From: Chiloscyllium plagiosum | Taxonomy: Eukaryota | Assembly (NCBI RefSeq): GCF_004010195.1 | Contig: NC_057711.1 | Location: 82,774,046 to 82,838,045, forward strand | Direction: 5' to 3' | DNA length: 64,000 nucleotides | Shown: in pieces, positions 38,031 through 49,730 of the stretch | How positions within the stretch are numbered: position 1 is the stretch's first letter | Layout of the letters: each line of letters opens with the position of its first letter | The notes under the pieces: model-generated | What the model was told of the DNA's origin: nothing | The model's input: only the letters and a program-made list of their open reading frames with translations | Database searches by the model: none | Position numbers and translations under genes: made by a program

Positions 38031-38513
38031 CCTGGACAAAACTGGACCAACATCCTCATAAGGAGGTTTGCTAATGCTGTTGAGGCAAGTTTAAACTAAC
38101 TTGACAGGGGGATTGGATCCTGATAGGTAGCTCAGAGGGAAAGAAGCTGTGATGATGTGAGAAGCTAAAATGCAAGTAAGTCTAGAAGGCAGAGAAAACA
38201 TGAGTCAAATAAAAAAGTGAGTTCCACAAGGATAAATAGAATGTATTTTAATGCAAGGAGCTGAAGGCACAGGAAAATGAGAGTCTGGTATTGTGGTATG
38301 ACCAAACTTGTTTGAAAGATGGGCAGGATTGAAATATGGTTATAGAGTATTCAGATAAGATGGACAGGGATGGGGGTGGAACAAAAGTGGGGGGTATTTG
38401 CAATATCGATGAAGGATGGAAGGACCATCAAATCAGACCCAACTGGTAGAAATAAAGAACACAAAAAGAGCAAACATTCTCTTGGGTGTGTACTGTAGAC
38501 TCCCAAACAGTTA

Positions 38514-38824
38514 AGATTAGATTAGATTAGATTGCTTACAGTGTGGAAACAGGCCCTTCGGCCCAACAAGCCCACACCGCCCCGCAGAAGCGCAACCCAC
38601 CCATACCCCTACATTTACCCCTTACCTATCACTACGGGCAATTTAGCATGGCCAAGTCACCTGACCTGCACATCTTTGGACTGTGGGAGGAAACCGGAGC
38701 ACCCGGAGGAAACCCACGCAGACACGGGGAGAACGTGCAAACTCCACACAGTCAGTCGCCTGAGGCGGGAATTGAACCCGGATTTCTGGCGCTGTGAGGG
38801 AGCAGTGCTAACCACTGTGCCGCC
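38514..38824 (-). mobile_element. HE1-type V-SINE, young full-length copy
   Basis: Close reverse complement of 497-805 with (tagat)n tail. Confidence 0.9.
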
Positions 38825-38845
38825 CACAATACTGACTATAACTCA

Positions 38846-39044
38846 GTATCAAAAAGTGTGGCGCTGGAAAAGCACAGTAGGTCAGGCAGTATCCAAGGGG
38901 CAGGAGATTCAACATTCCTGATGAAGGGCTTATGCCCAAAATGTCGAATCTCCTGCTCCTCGGATACTGCCTGACATGCTATGCTTTTCCAGCGCCACAT
39001 GTTTCAACTCTGACTCTCCAGCATCTGCTGTCCTCACTTTCTCT
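38846..39044. mobile_element. Fold-back PLE terminal-repeat mini-element with decayed hammerhead
   Basis: TSD tataactca (38837-38845 / 39045-39053); attcCTGATGAagggcttatgcccAAAAtgtcgaat. Confidence 0.8.
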
Positions 39045-39647
39045 TATAACTCAATTGTATTTTGGATAGTGTGGAAAAGGGCAAGCATGGGATGGAATTA
39101 AAGTTCTAAATTCAGGGGAAAGGCTAAATTAACTAAGATAATGTAGGATTTGGCCCATGTGGATTGGCAACAGCTACTTACAGATGAAACAGTATCACTA
39201 TAATGGAAGGTATTCAAGGAGGAAAGAACAAGAGTAATAAGTTTCTGTAAAGGCAAAAGGGGGGACCAAAAAGAGAGAACTTTGGATGTTAAGGGCTCAA
39301 TGTGCACAGGAATATAAAAAGTGAAGGGGAAAAGTTAAAATTAGGAAAGCCAGGTGAGTGCATGAGAAAGCATTGACAAGGATAAATGTAAAGCTGAAGG
39401 GTTTCTTAAATATAAAAAGTAAGAAGTAACAACGGAAAGAGTAACTCCTCTTGTTAGGTACTGCTGAGGTGATCCATATGCGAACTTGGAAGAAGTGGGT
39501 ATAGCCTTCTTTGAATACCTTGCATCAGTCATCACTATGGGGAAGGATACATAGGTGTAGGCATCACAGTGGAAGAGTGTGAAGATTCGAAAAAAATAAC
39601 ATAAGGAGAGGAGGTTTATCAGACTTTAATTAGGATAAATCTGCAGG

Positions 39648-39952
39648 TCATAGAATCTCTACAGTGTGAAAACAGGCCATTTGGTCCAACAACTATACAC
39701 TGATCCTCCGAAGAGCTTCCCTCCAACCTATGCATGTTCCATGGCAAATCAACTTAGCCTGCACATTCCTGAACACTAGGCAATTTAGCAAGGCCAATCC
39801 ACCTTGCACATCTTTGGACTGTGGAAGGAAACCAGAGGACCTGGAAGAAGTTATGCAGACATGGGGATAATGTGCAAATTCCACACACAGTCACCTGAGG
39901 CTGGAATTGAACCTGGGTCCCTGTCACTGTGAGGCAGCAATGCTGACCACTC
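39648..39952 (-). mobile_element. Older HE1-related V-SINE
   Basis: Diverged V-domain and tRNA-like head on the minus strand. Confidence 0.8.
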
Positions 39953-40292
39953 AGCAGCAGGTCAGGCAGCATCCAAGGAGCAGGAAAATCGACGTTTCAG
40001 GCAAAAACCCTTGGTATCAGGACAGGTACAGAAGGTATTTAGGAAGGCATATGAGCTATTTGCTTTTATTAGCTAAGATATAGAATACCATAACAAGGAG
40101 GTTATGTTGGAACTGTATAAAATGCTACTTAGGCCGAGCTGGAAATTGGCATGCTGTTCTGGTCACTGAATTGCAAAAAGAATGTGACTATACTCGAGAG
40201 ATAAAGAGTGGATTTATCAGGATGCTGCCTGAGCTGGAGAGTTTCAGTTATGAGGAAAGATTTAATAAGCTGCGTTTGAGCAGTGAAGATTC

Positions 40293-40614
40293 AATTCCCT
40301 ACAGTATGGAAACAGATCCTTCAGCCCAATAAGTCCACACCGATCCTCCGAACAGTAACCCACCCACACCCATTCCCACTATTCTATATTTACCTCTAAC
40401 TAATGCACGTAACACTATGGGCAATTAAGCATGGCCAATTCACCTAACTTGCACATCTTTGGATTGTGGGAGGAAACCAGAGCACCCGGAAGAAACCTGC
40501 GCAGACATGGGGAGAATATGCAAAGTCTGCACAGACAGTTGCCCGAGGCAGGAATCAAACCCAGGTACCTGGTGCTGTGAGGCAGCAGTACTAACCACTG
40601 AGCTACCATGCCGC
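40293..40614 (-). mobile_element. HE1-type V-SINE
   Basis: Reverse complement of head, V-domain and tail. Confidence 0.85.
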
Positions 40615-40850
40615 TCTGAAGGTTGAGGTGGAACCTAATAGAGATATATAAGATAAAGGGGCACAAAGAATGTGGATAGGAAGATACTTTTTCCATTAGG
40701 AGAGGAGTCAATAACCAGTTGTTACAGATTTAGAAGTAGGAAGACTAAGAGGAGGGTTGGGGAGAAATATTTTCACATCGAGGGTGATAGGAATCTGGAA
40801 CTCACTGTCTGGATTTGGTTAGATACTCCTGCAACATTTAAGCAGTTCTA

Positions 40851-41396
40851 CAGGCCGGCTACTTGCGGAGCGTTTCAGAGAACACCTCTGGGACACCCGG
40901 ACCAACCAACCTAACCACCCTGTGGCTCAACACTTCAACTCCCCCTCCCACTCCACCAAGGATATGCAGGTCTTTGGACTCCTCCATCGCCAGACCACAA
41001 CAACACGACGGTTGGAGGAAGAGCGCCTCATCTTCCGCCTAGGAACCCTCCAACCACAAGGGATGAACTCGGATTTCACCAGTTTCCTCATTTCGCCTCC
41101 CCCCACCTTGTCTCAGTCAAATCCATCGAATTCAGCACCGCCTTCCTAACCTGCAATCTTCTTCCTGACCTCTCTGCCCCCACCCCAGTCTGAACTGTCA
41201 CCCTCACCTTGACCTCTTTCCACCGATCACATTTCCGACGCCCCTCCCCCAAGTCCCTCCTCCCTACCTTTTATCTTAGCCTGCTGGACAATCTTTCCTC
41301 ATTCCTGAAGAAGGGCTTATGCCCGAAACGTCGATTCTCCTGTTCCCTGGATGCTGCCTGACCTGCTGCGCTTTTCCAGCAACACATTTTCAGCTC
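40851..41396 (+). mobile_element. PLE 3' fragment (same family as 20700-21428)
   Basis: GRLLAERFREH...AQHFNSPSHSTKDMQVFGLLHRQ...GTLQPQGMNSDF followed by the terminal repeat. Confidence 0.9.
41300..41337 (+). ncRNA. Minimal type I hammerhead motif (family A), intact core, sense to host
   Basis: cattc CTGAAGA(41305-41311) A GGGC ttat GCCC GAAA CGTC gattc. Confidence 0.75.
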
Positions 41397-44300
41397 AGTA
41401 ATGTTATAACTGTACTTGTGCAGCTTGGCCAAAGGCTGACTATTTGTGAAACAGCCTCTGTTACAGGCTAAAATGCTTCTTGGGTTCAGTGCACTTACTG
41501 TTGCTTTTTGTTATGAAAAGTGAAACAAATTTGTTGGGTGGAGACCTAAGTAGGAGATTGTAAGAGAAAGAATCATCCTCTAGATATTTCAGATTGAAAA
41601 AAAAATCACACTTCAGATTTGTGCTTTACACTTAATGTTGTGAGCATCAACATTCCTTGTACTTTTTCATACTGCTGTGTGAGTCTCGTGCATGTGTGCA
41701 GCACTGGATTTTGGAATTGGTGGCTGTACAATACCGTGTGCAGAGCTTCCAGGTGCTCAGTTTAGAAAGAATGTTGGTGAAGACCCGTACAGGGATTGCA
41801 ATACCTTCTCTTTCTGTTAGTTCCTTAATTGTCAACCAATATTCATGAATGCATGTGGCAGGGTTGCAGAACTTTGACATGATCCATTGGAATTACTTAG
41901 TTCTGTTCGTAAAATTATATTTTTGCTGTGTATCATGTATGCAATTTTGTGTATAGTGTTGAGGTTGGCAATTTTTCACATTTTCAGGCATGTCTGATGC
42001 TGCTCCTCATATGCTTCCCTATATTCCTAACTGAACCATGATAGGCTATCTGACTCCGTGACCATGGAAAAATGAGAGAATGTTAAGCTATGTGTTTACA
42101 ATTGTTGTGGAATACAGTTCTGTTGGTGCAGAGGACCTCATGAATAATTTTCCAGTTTTAACCCCTTAGACTTTTTAAAAAACATTTTTATAGCACAGTG
42201 ATAGTATCACATGACAGGATAGACCAATGCAAATGCAGAACATGGTTTTCATGAAGACTGTATGGCTGTCAATTCTACCAGTGCTGTGAAGGGAGATGTA
42301 ACTGTGACGGTAGATTGGTGAGTCTGAGAACATAAAGGTTATTCCCTTATGTTGTCTCAATGCTGGCTGCAAGTGTTCTTTAGCAGCTACATCCTTCAGC
42401 ACTCTACCAAATTAGTTGGGTTCATTCTTGGGAGCCATTCTTGCTGAAAGATAGTTGTGCTTCATTTAATGCTTCCTGCAAACAGTATTCAGTATGGAAG
42501 GATGATGACTGTTTTTCTACTGTGGAAAGATAGCTTGTTGTAATTATTGGCAGGTTTCCTTGTTCATTTTTAACCTGAAACCCTGGGATAGTGGAATTCA
42601 GAAAATGTTGAGGGCTTCCCCAGGCTTTATGGTTGAGATTGTAACTCACTTAACTGACACTGTTAAAATTGGGTTCTATATTGTTGACCTTTAGTGAGGC
42701 AGGACAGAAGTAGAGATGTTGATGGTCGCTTTTTTTAAACACTGAGTTCAAATTCCTTGAGTCGGATTTGAACTCACATTTTCATGGATTATTCAATCAG
42801 ACCTCTGGACTACAAGTCTAGTAACACAACCACAATGCTACTTTGCCAAGCACACAGTGAATTCGGCTTGTTGATGATTTCGGCCATTTGCCAAAGAAGA
42901 GCATCACGAACATATAAAATTAAATAGACTTGGAATTTTAGAGTTCAAATGAAGAAGAAATTATTCAAAAAGAATGACAGAAAAACTATCTCAGAAATTA
43001 AAAGTCTTATACTCTAAAAAACTGAAATAACGTATTATCTAAATCGAAAGAAACTTTGGAGTGCTTCAGTGCAAACAGTGTTCTTGTGTATGAATTGCAG
43101 AAAACTATCATGGAGATACAGCAACTAATAAGAAAGGCAAATGGTTTTTTGGCATTTATTGCTGGAGGAATGCAGTACAAAGGTAAGGAAGTGTTGCTGC
43201 AGCAGTACAAGACATTAATGAGATGCATGTAGAGTGTTGTGTCCAATATTGATCCCCCCACTTGAGGAAGGATATAATTTTGGAGGTAATTCAGAGGAGT
43301 TTCACTAGATCTATTCCAGAGATGAGAGGTTTGTGTTTTGTAGATTGAGCAGTTTGGCCTATATCTCTTGAATTTAAAAGAATAAAATTAGATCTTTTCA
43401 GTTATGTTAGATGTTAAAGGGAAATTGCCAAAAAAGAATTAGAGAGGGTGTTTCCTAATATGGGGCAATTTAGAATGACAAGTCGTAGTTTTAGGATAAG
43501 CGTTTAAAACATAGAAATGATGAAATTACCCCTCTCAAAAGGTTACAAATCTGTGGAATTCACTACCAGAGTGTGGTGGATTCCGAGACATTGAATAAAT
43601 TTAAGGAGGAGATAGACAGATTTTTATTTAGTAATGGGTTGAAGGGAAAGTGGAGTGGAGTTGAGGCTAAGATGAGATCAGCCATGATCAGCTATTAAAT
43701 GGTGGATCTGATTTAATACTCGAGGGGCTGAATTGCCTACTCCTTTTTAAATTTCTTATGCTTGTACATGTTCCTATGTTGTAATTATGTGTTTACTGGA
43801 AGCAAAATGCAATTGTGTAGTTAAAAAGGTAATTTGGAAGCATACATATTTTCAAATGTATGCATATACTTGTACCAGTTGACTTCAAATCTAAATAGTG
43901 TAATAAAGAAATTGCCTATGAAATATTCTGTATAGAACTTTGACCTTTTTATTGTTCCTAAAACATGTTTACTCGGGTTCTTACTATATGAGACAAAAGA
44001 TTGTGGTTCAACTTAGTTTTATTAAAACACTTGTAAGTTAAAGAAAACTTAGTTTTTGTAAAAGTTGTTAATTTTTCCCAAACAAGCTGACTGCCTGAAA
44101 AAACACACATTAGCAGCTCTGGTGAACTTGAATGGGCTGCTGGATTCAACTCACTGAGTTCTGTCAACAGGGCACTCAAGGTCATCTTCATACAAAGGTC
44201 AGTTATGCATGAAGTCTTCGCCGACTGAGTCTCTTCTGAGGGAATGGCAGCCAGGTGTACCTCCTTATCCCCTCCTTCTGAGCCCTTCTGAAATATTCTC

Positions 44301-45101
44301 TGGGTAGCAGTCACAGTGTCCAGTGAGGTTAGGCCAGTTCATTCCAGGTGTTCCCATTCCCTTTCTGAGATATAATTATGCCATGGTTCTAAGGGGTCTG
44401 GCTGAAACTGGAGAATATAGTAACATAAAGTCTGGCCCTATTGTTCTGGCTGAGTACTTCTGAATGAGTTTCTCCTCATAACCACTCTTCCATGGTTAAG
44501 ATGGAGCACTTCTGTTAAATGTGCAAGACAGATCGGAGCTGGTCCTTGTTTGCTTTTGACCCGTGGTAACCTTGGCCTCTGCATTCCATCAGGCTTTGCT
44601 TGCGGAAACTGTTTCACCAATTTTATGTTGGGCCAAATTACGTAGGTCATTGGCTGTTTGGCCACAGAAGGAACTCTGAATCATTATTCAAGTTTAAAGG
44701 CTGCCTCCAGCATGAAAGATTCAACAAGAGATATAATATTGAGGTTACTGAAGAATTTTGAAAGAAAGAATTAAAGCAAAGTACTAGAAATGCTCAGTAG
44801 GCCTTGCAGCAGCTCTGAAGTGCAAAACAGAGTTAAAATTTCAAGTCCAATGTGACGTTTTTGGAAGGAAAAATGTTGTCCATATTAATTATGTAACTCT
44901 TGTGTCAGAAAAAAATCTTTGAACTGGAATGTAATAATTTTGGATATAGTATCTGATGCAATTTGATTTGCATTAATTTGGAGTTTTTATTCAGTTTTGT
45001 TCCTGCTTTCAACAAGATTTTCAGTTCAGGAAGAAATGCTAAAATGATAGTTCTGTAATTAAGTTCCCCTTCTCACTCATTCTTATTGGATTTATTTTTA
45101 G

Positions 45102-45215
45102 GTAAGATGGAGAACTATTTTGTGGGGCATAGGCTTGCAGTTTGTTTTTGGACTCATTATTTTGAGAACAGAAGCAGGATTCCATGCTTTTCAGTGGATG
45201 GGAAGTCAAGTGCAG
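45102..45215 (+). CDS. SLC28A3: Internal coding exon (114 bp, phase 0-0) of the SLC28A3-like gene
   Basis: Acceptor tttatttttag|, donor CAG|gtatgt. Translates VRWRTILWGIGLQFVFGLIILRTEAGFHAFQWMGSQVQ, the CNT segment WRxVxWGIGLQFxxGLxILRT; in frame with exon 17412-17556. Confidence 0.92.
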
Positions 45216-45644
45216 GTATGTGGGAGAACAGGAATTGCACTTAAGGTATTGTGCAGATTAACTGTTATTAAACATTATTGTTTTTGGTGTGCAGGAGAAT
45301 GGGTTATTTTATGCCATGTCATGTATACTGCACCAGTGTATTGAATTGTAATCAAGTAATTGAATTATTTAATTGCAAAGTTTGAATACAGTATTATTAT
45401 TGAGTGTAAGTTCTGTGAGTGTTAATATTTTTGTGGAAACTGTAATTTTTTTATTCGGTTAGTGGACAATGGTGTGAAAGATTTTTCATATGTACTGTGT
45501 GGAAATGATCTGGCTGAGTAGTGTTGGGATCACTTTGGTAATGCTGAGGTGTAGAAACATTGGTGCATTATGTCCTTCGGGGAAAGAAATCTGCTATACT
45601 TATTTGATCTGACTTTTATCTGACATGAGATCCACAGCAATATG

Positions 45645-45958
45645 ATTAGATTAGATACAGTGTGGAAACAGGCCCTTCAGCCCAACAAGTCCACACCGAC
45701 CCGCCGAAGCACAAACCACCCAGACCCATTCCCCTACATTTACCCCTTCACCTAACACTACGGGCAATTTAGCTTGGCCAATTCACCTAACCTGCACATC
45801 TTTGGACTGTGGGAGGAAACCGGAGCACCCAGAGGAAACCCACGCAGACACGGGGAGAATGTGCAAACTCCACACAGTCAGTCGCCTGAGTCGGGAATTG
45901 AACCCGGGTCTCTGGCGCTGTGAGGCAGCAGTGCTAACCACTGTGTCACCGTGCCACC
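45645..45958 (-). mobile_element. HE1-type V-SINE
   Basis: Full-length reverse complement; short atatg duplication at the flanks. Confidence 0.9.
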
Positions 45959-47158
45959 CATATGGTTGACTCTTAACTCCTTCTGGGCCAATTAGGAATA
46001 GGTAACAAATTCTGGCCAAGCAAACGATGCCTACAGCCTGAGAAAAATAAAAATAAAAGCCATGTTGGACCTATTGGATTACTATGTGATTTTCTTAATC
46101 ATTTGTTTTGCCACAATGAACTTACTTTACCCTACAATGATAGTGCATCTGTACCAAGTTGAAGCACAACACAATAAGCCTGTGAAGGGCATGCAGTTTT
46201 CTAAAGATACTGGGCATTCTGAAGTGGAGTCATGCTGCAGCATGATGATCAATGTGTATGAGGCAAGAAAGAGTAGAAGGGCACTGAAATCAACTGCCAG
46301 AGACAAGCACAACGAGGGATTGCAGGTAGTTAGTGAGATCAATTGTCAGAGATGGAGATAACAAAGGAAGACAGGTACACAGTGAGATTGACTGTCAGAG
46401 ACTCTATGATTAACTAGTCAACTGCAATCTACTTGTAGAGACCATGGCTGTTTCTTTAGTTATGTTCTTTCTCTTGAAATAATTGCAGAAATTCTTTCAT
46501 TTTATATTATGAGTTGGCTTTCTCTAATACTCTTATCTACATCCCCTTAATTGTCTTGCTTGTTATTTTTTGCTGGTTCTTATTTTATCCAATACCTGAC
46601 TCACCTATAATCTTTGCAGATTTGTGCAGTTTATTTCAGTTTAATACAATGCTTAACTTTATTGCTGAAAAGAGACATGCTTTGTCTAAGTTTTTTAAAT
46701 CTTACATTCGTAAGGACAACTCACAAGAATGCAAATCAAATTGAAAATCTACGTTTATACTAATTAAGAGCAAAGTGCACTGTAAATAGACCAATTTTTG
46801 AAGGTGTTGCCATGGTGAATGCTTAATAATGACTGACAGTTACCTGCCATGTTATTAAATTTGATTGGGCAGGTTCATACCCTAAAAAACAAAACAGTGA
46901 AACACTGTCATCTATTTTGTTAAGTTCAAATAGGTGTAGTACATGTGCTTGTTTTTTTCTACTAAAACAGGATACTTTTAAAATATGTAGCTTTCAGTAC
47001 ATGCTGTCTGCTGCACTGCAAGCATAGATTAGGTGCCAGTGTATTTCATCACATATTCAGAATCATCTAGGAAATAGTATCCAATTGCAGAACCATATGT
47101 AATGTTGAACATTGTGTTATGAATTTTACAAGTATAGATGGTATCAACAGTTCTTTGC

Positions 47159-47965
47159 TGAAAATGTGTTGCTGGAAAAGCGCAGCAGGTCAGGCAGCAT
47201 CCAAGGAACAGGAGAATCGACGTTTCGGGCATAAGCCCTTCTTCAGGAAAGAGGAAAGTATGTCCAACAGGCTAAGATAAAAGGTAGGGAGGAGGGACTT
47301 GGGGTAGAGGCGTTGGAAATGCAATAGGTGGAAGGAGGTCAAGGTGAGGGTGATAGGCTGGAGTGGGGTGGGGCGGAGAGGTCAGGAAGAAGATTGCAGG
47401 TTAGGAAGGCGGTGCTGAGTTCGAGGGATTTGACTGAGACAAGGTGGGGGGAGGGGACCAACCAACCCAACCACCCCGTGGCTCAACACTTCAACTCCCC
47501 CTCCCACTCCACCAAGGACATGCAGGTCCTTGGATTCCTCCATCGCCAGACCATAGCAACACGACGGTTGGAGGAAGAGCGCCTCATCTTCCGCCTAGGA
47601 ACTCTCCAACCACAAGGGATGAACTCAAATTTCTCCAGTTTACACATTTCCCCTCCCCCCACCTTGTCTCAGTCAAATCCCTCGAGCTCAGAACCGCCTT
47701 CCTAACCTGCAATCTTCTTCCTGACCTCTCCGCCCCCACCCCACTCCGGCCTATCACCCTCACCTTGACCTCCTTCCACCTATTGCATTTCCAAGGCCCC
47801 TCCCCCAAGTCCCTCCTACCCTACCTTTTATCTTAGCCTCCTGAAGAAGGGCTTATGCCCAAAACATCGATTCTCATGTTCCTTGGATGCTGCCTGACCT
47901 GCTGCGCTTTTCCAGCAACACATTTTCAGCTCTGATCTCCAGCATCTGCAGTCCTCACTTTCTCC
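47159..47965. mobile_element. PLE insertion: inverted terminal repeat (47159-47456) plus sense GIY-YIG 3' end and terminal repeat
   Basis: TSD atcaacagttctttgc (47143-47158) / atcaccagttctttgc (47966-47981); HPVAQHFNSPSH...GTLQPQGMN. Confidence 0.9.
47214..47251 (-). ncRNA. Minimal type I hammerhead motif (family A), intact core
   Basis: uuuc CUGAAGA A GGGC uuau GCCC GAAA CGUC gauuc; the sense partner at ~47837-47873 has GAAA>AAAA. Confidence 0.72.
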
Positions 47966-48195
47966 ATCACCAGTTCTTTGCCTGTTTTGAGCAACCGAAG
48001 GAATATGCTGTTTGAAATGATCCTCCAGTCTTTGAAATGCAAGACCTACATACCTGGATAATACCAGCACTGGAATTTATATATTACATTACTCATTTGT
48101 GTGATAGGCTGAAAATTTATTTTCACTTGATGGTAACATCCTGTTAGTGATGACAGCACGTGTTTTGCTACAGCGCAGTAGCAACCTCAAACTTT

Positions 48196-48932
48196 TGTTA
48201 CAACATGAGGTAAACCCCTCTACTAGTTTAAGCCAGCCACACAGAAAAGGTTCACCTCATGCCGTAATCTGTTAAAATTTGAGAGGCAAAGAACTATCCC
48301 AGAGGTTACAATTTAAAGTAAAACTTAACAATTTTATTTTTTAAGTCCAACAGAGAATATTAAAACCAACAACTATTTATAACTCGTTTCTCTTAAACCT
48401 AGCTATTACCTCACACTCTACAATACTGGTCTGATTAAAAAACCCCGATTAAGATTTACAAAAAAAATCACGTTTCAGAACCAGTCAGCTTTGTCGATTC
48501 ACATTTGTAGATTTTCCTCTGTATTTTTTTCTCTCGGTTGGCTTTGATGTTCTGCTGCACAAACTTCTTATAGATAGGTACCTTTTGGAGAGCTGTTTTG
48601 CTGGCAGTCTGTGTTTATTGGTGGCTTGGCAGTTCTTTTTCTAACTGTTCAAAATGTCCAGTTTTATACCCCAAAACATTGGATCATTTCATTGGTTTTC
48701 ATATTATCAAAATACTAAATTCAAATTTGTTTGGAGTTTGGTATTTTGTGGCATAATGTAAACTAATTGGCCGAATTTGAATTTGTTTCTGTTTCATGGC
48801 AACTAAGCTGCAGCTATTTGTTTCAACCAAGTGTTACGTTCTTACTTCGTTCAGGACTCTCTGTACTTTGTCAGTCCTTGCTAGCTTTTTAAGTCTCTTA
48901 AAAGTAAAGTACAACTCTACACTTTCATAACA
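48196..48932 (-). mobile_element. Probable solo LTR
   Basis: tgtta...taaca inverted termini (TG...CA), AATAAA on the minus strand near 48335; no clean TSD. Confidence 0.55.
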
Positions 48933-49319
48933 TTGTTCATCTGTTGCTCACACTGCACAGTCCTAATGAGGCAAGGTGACAATCTTCCACTAAATGTGTC
49001 TTTTTTCAGCAATATTGAAGTTCTGTATTACCAAATGATTATTCTTAACTTCCTAATTTAGACATGGATGCATTCTTCTCAAGGAGCCTTTTCTTCTCAC
49101 TGGGATAAATCACTACTAAGAATGATTACATATCCTCTTAAAGATCTGCTGCTGAACTCTACTATTTTTAAGCAGTGTCTCCTGGTAATTATAACTACGC
49201 ATTCATTCTAATCTGGAAGCATGCAACCCTATACATCATCACAAAACATTTTGTTGATGCCAAACACAAAGACTGCACTTTGCATGCATTGCAATGAAGC
49301 ATGATATTGACATGGAGTT

Positions 49320-49730
49320 CAGCGGGGAGGAGAGGGGTTAGAGTATGGGTAGAGGGATTTGGGGGGAGGATAGACTGTGCAGATTGGGGGAGTGAGATTG
49401 CAAGAGAATTGAGGACATGGTGGAGAAAGGCAAAGACGGTTCCCTTTTCCACTGCTTCCCCACCCTCCCCCACCCTTCTCCCACTTCCTCTCTTCTCCCC
49501 CACTCTCCCTCCATTTCTCCCCTTTCCATCTCCCCCCACTTTTTCTCTCTTCTCTCCTTCCCCCATCTTCCACTCTACTCTTCCTGCCGGCTCTCCCCAC
49601 AATATTCACACGCCCACGCCTTCCTGTCCCTCTATCTACCTTTCCCCTCCTTCCACCTCTCTCTACCTCCACATCACTCCACCTCCATGTCCACATTACT
49701 CCATCTACATTTCCCTTTCCTTCTCCCTGT
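49320..49730. repeat. Low-complexity G/A-rich then C/T-rich tract
   Basis: Strong purine/pyrimidine strand asymmetry; overlapping ORFs are compositional artefacts. Confidence 0.7.

Larger units (their letters stand above)
46990..48195 (-). mobile_element. Old PLE GIY-YIG remnant (further family) hosting a younger PLE
   Basis: Minus-strand pieces NVIYKFQC, RYVGLAFQRLEDHFKQHIP and SAIGYYFL lie on both sides of the 47159-47965 insertion; boundaries approximate. Confidence 0.6.
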
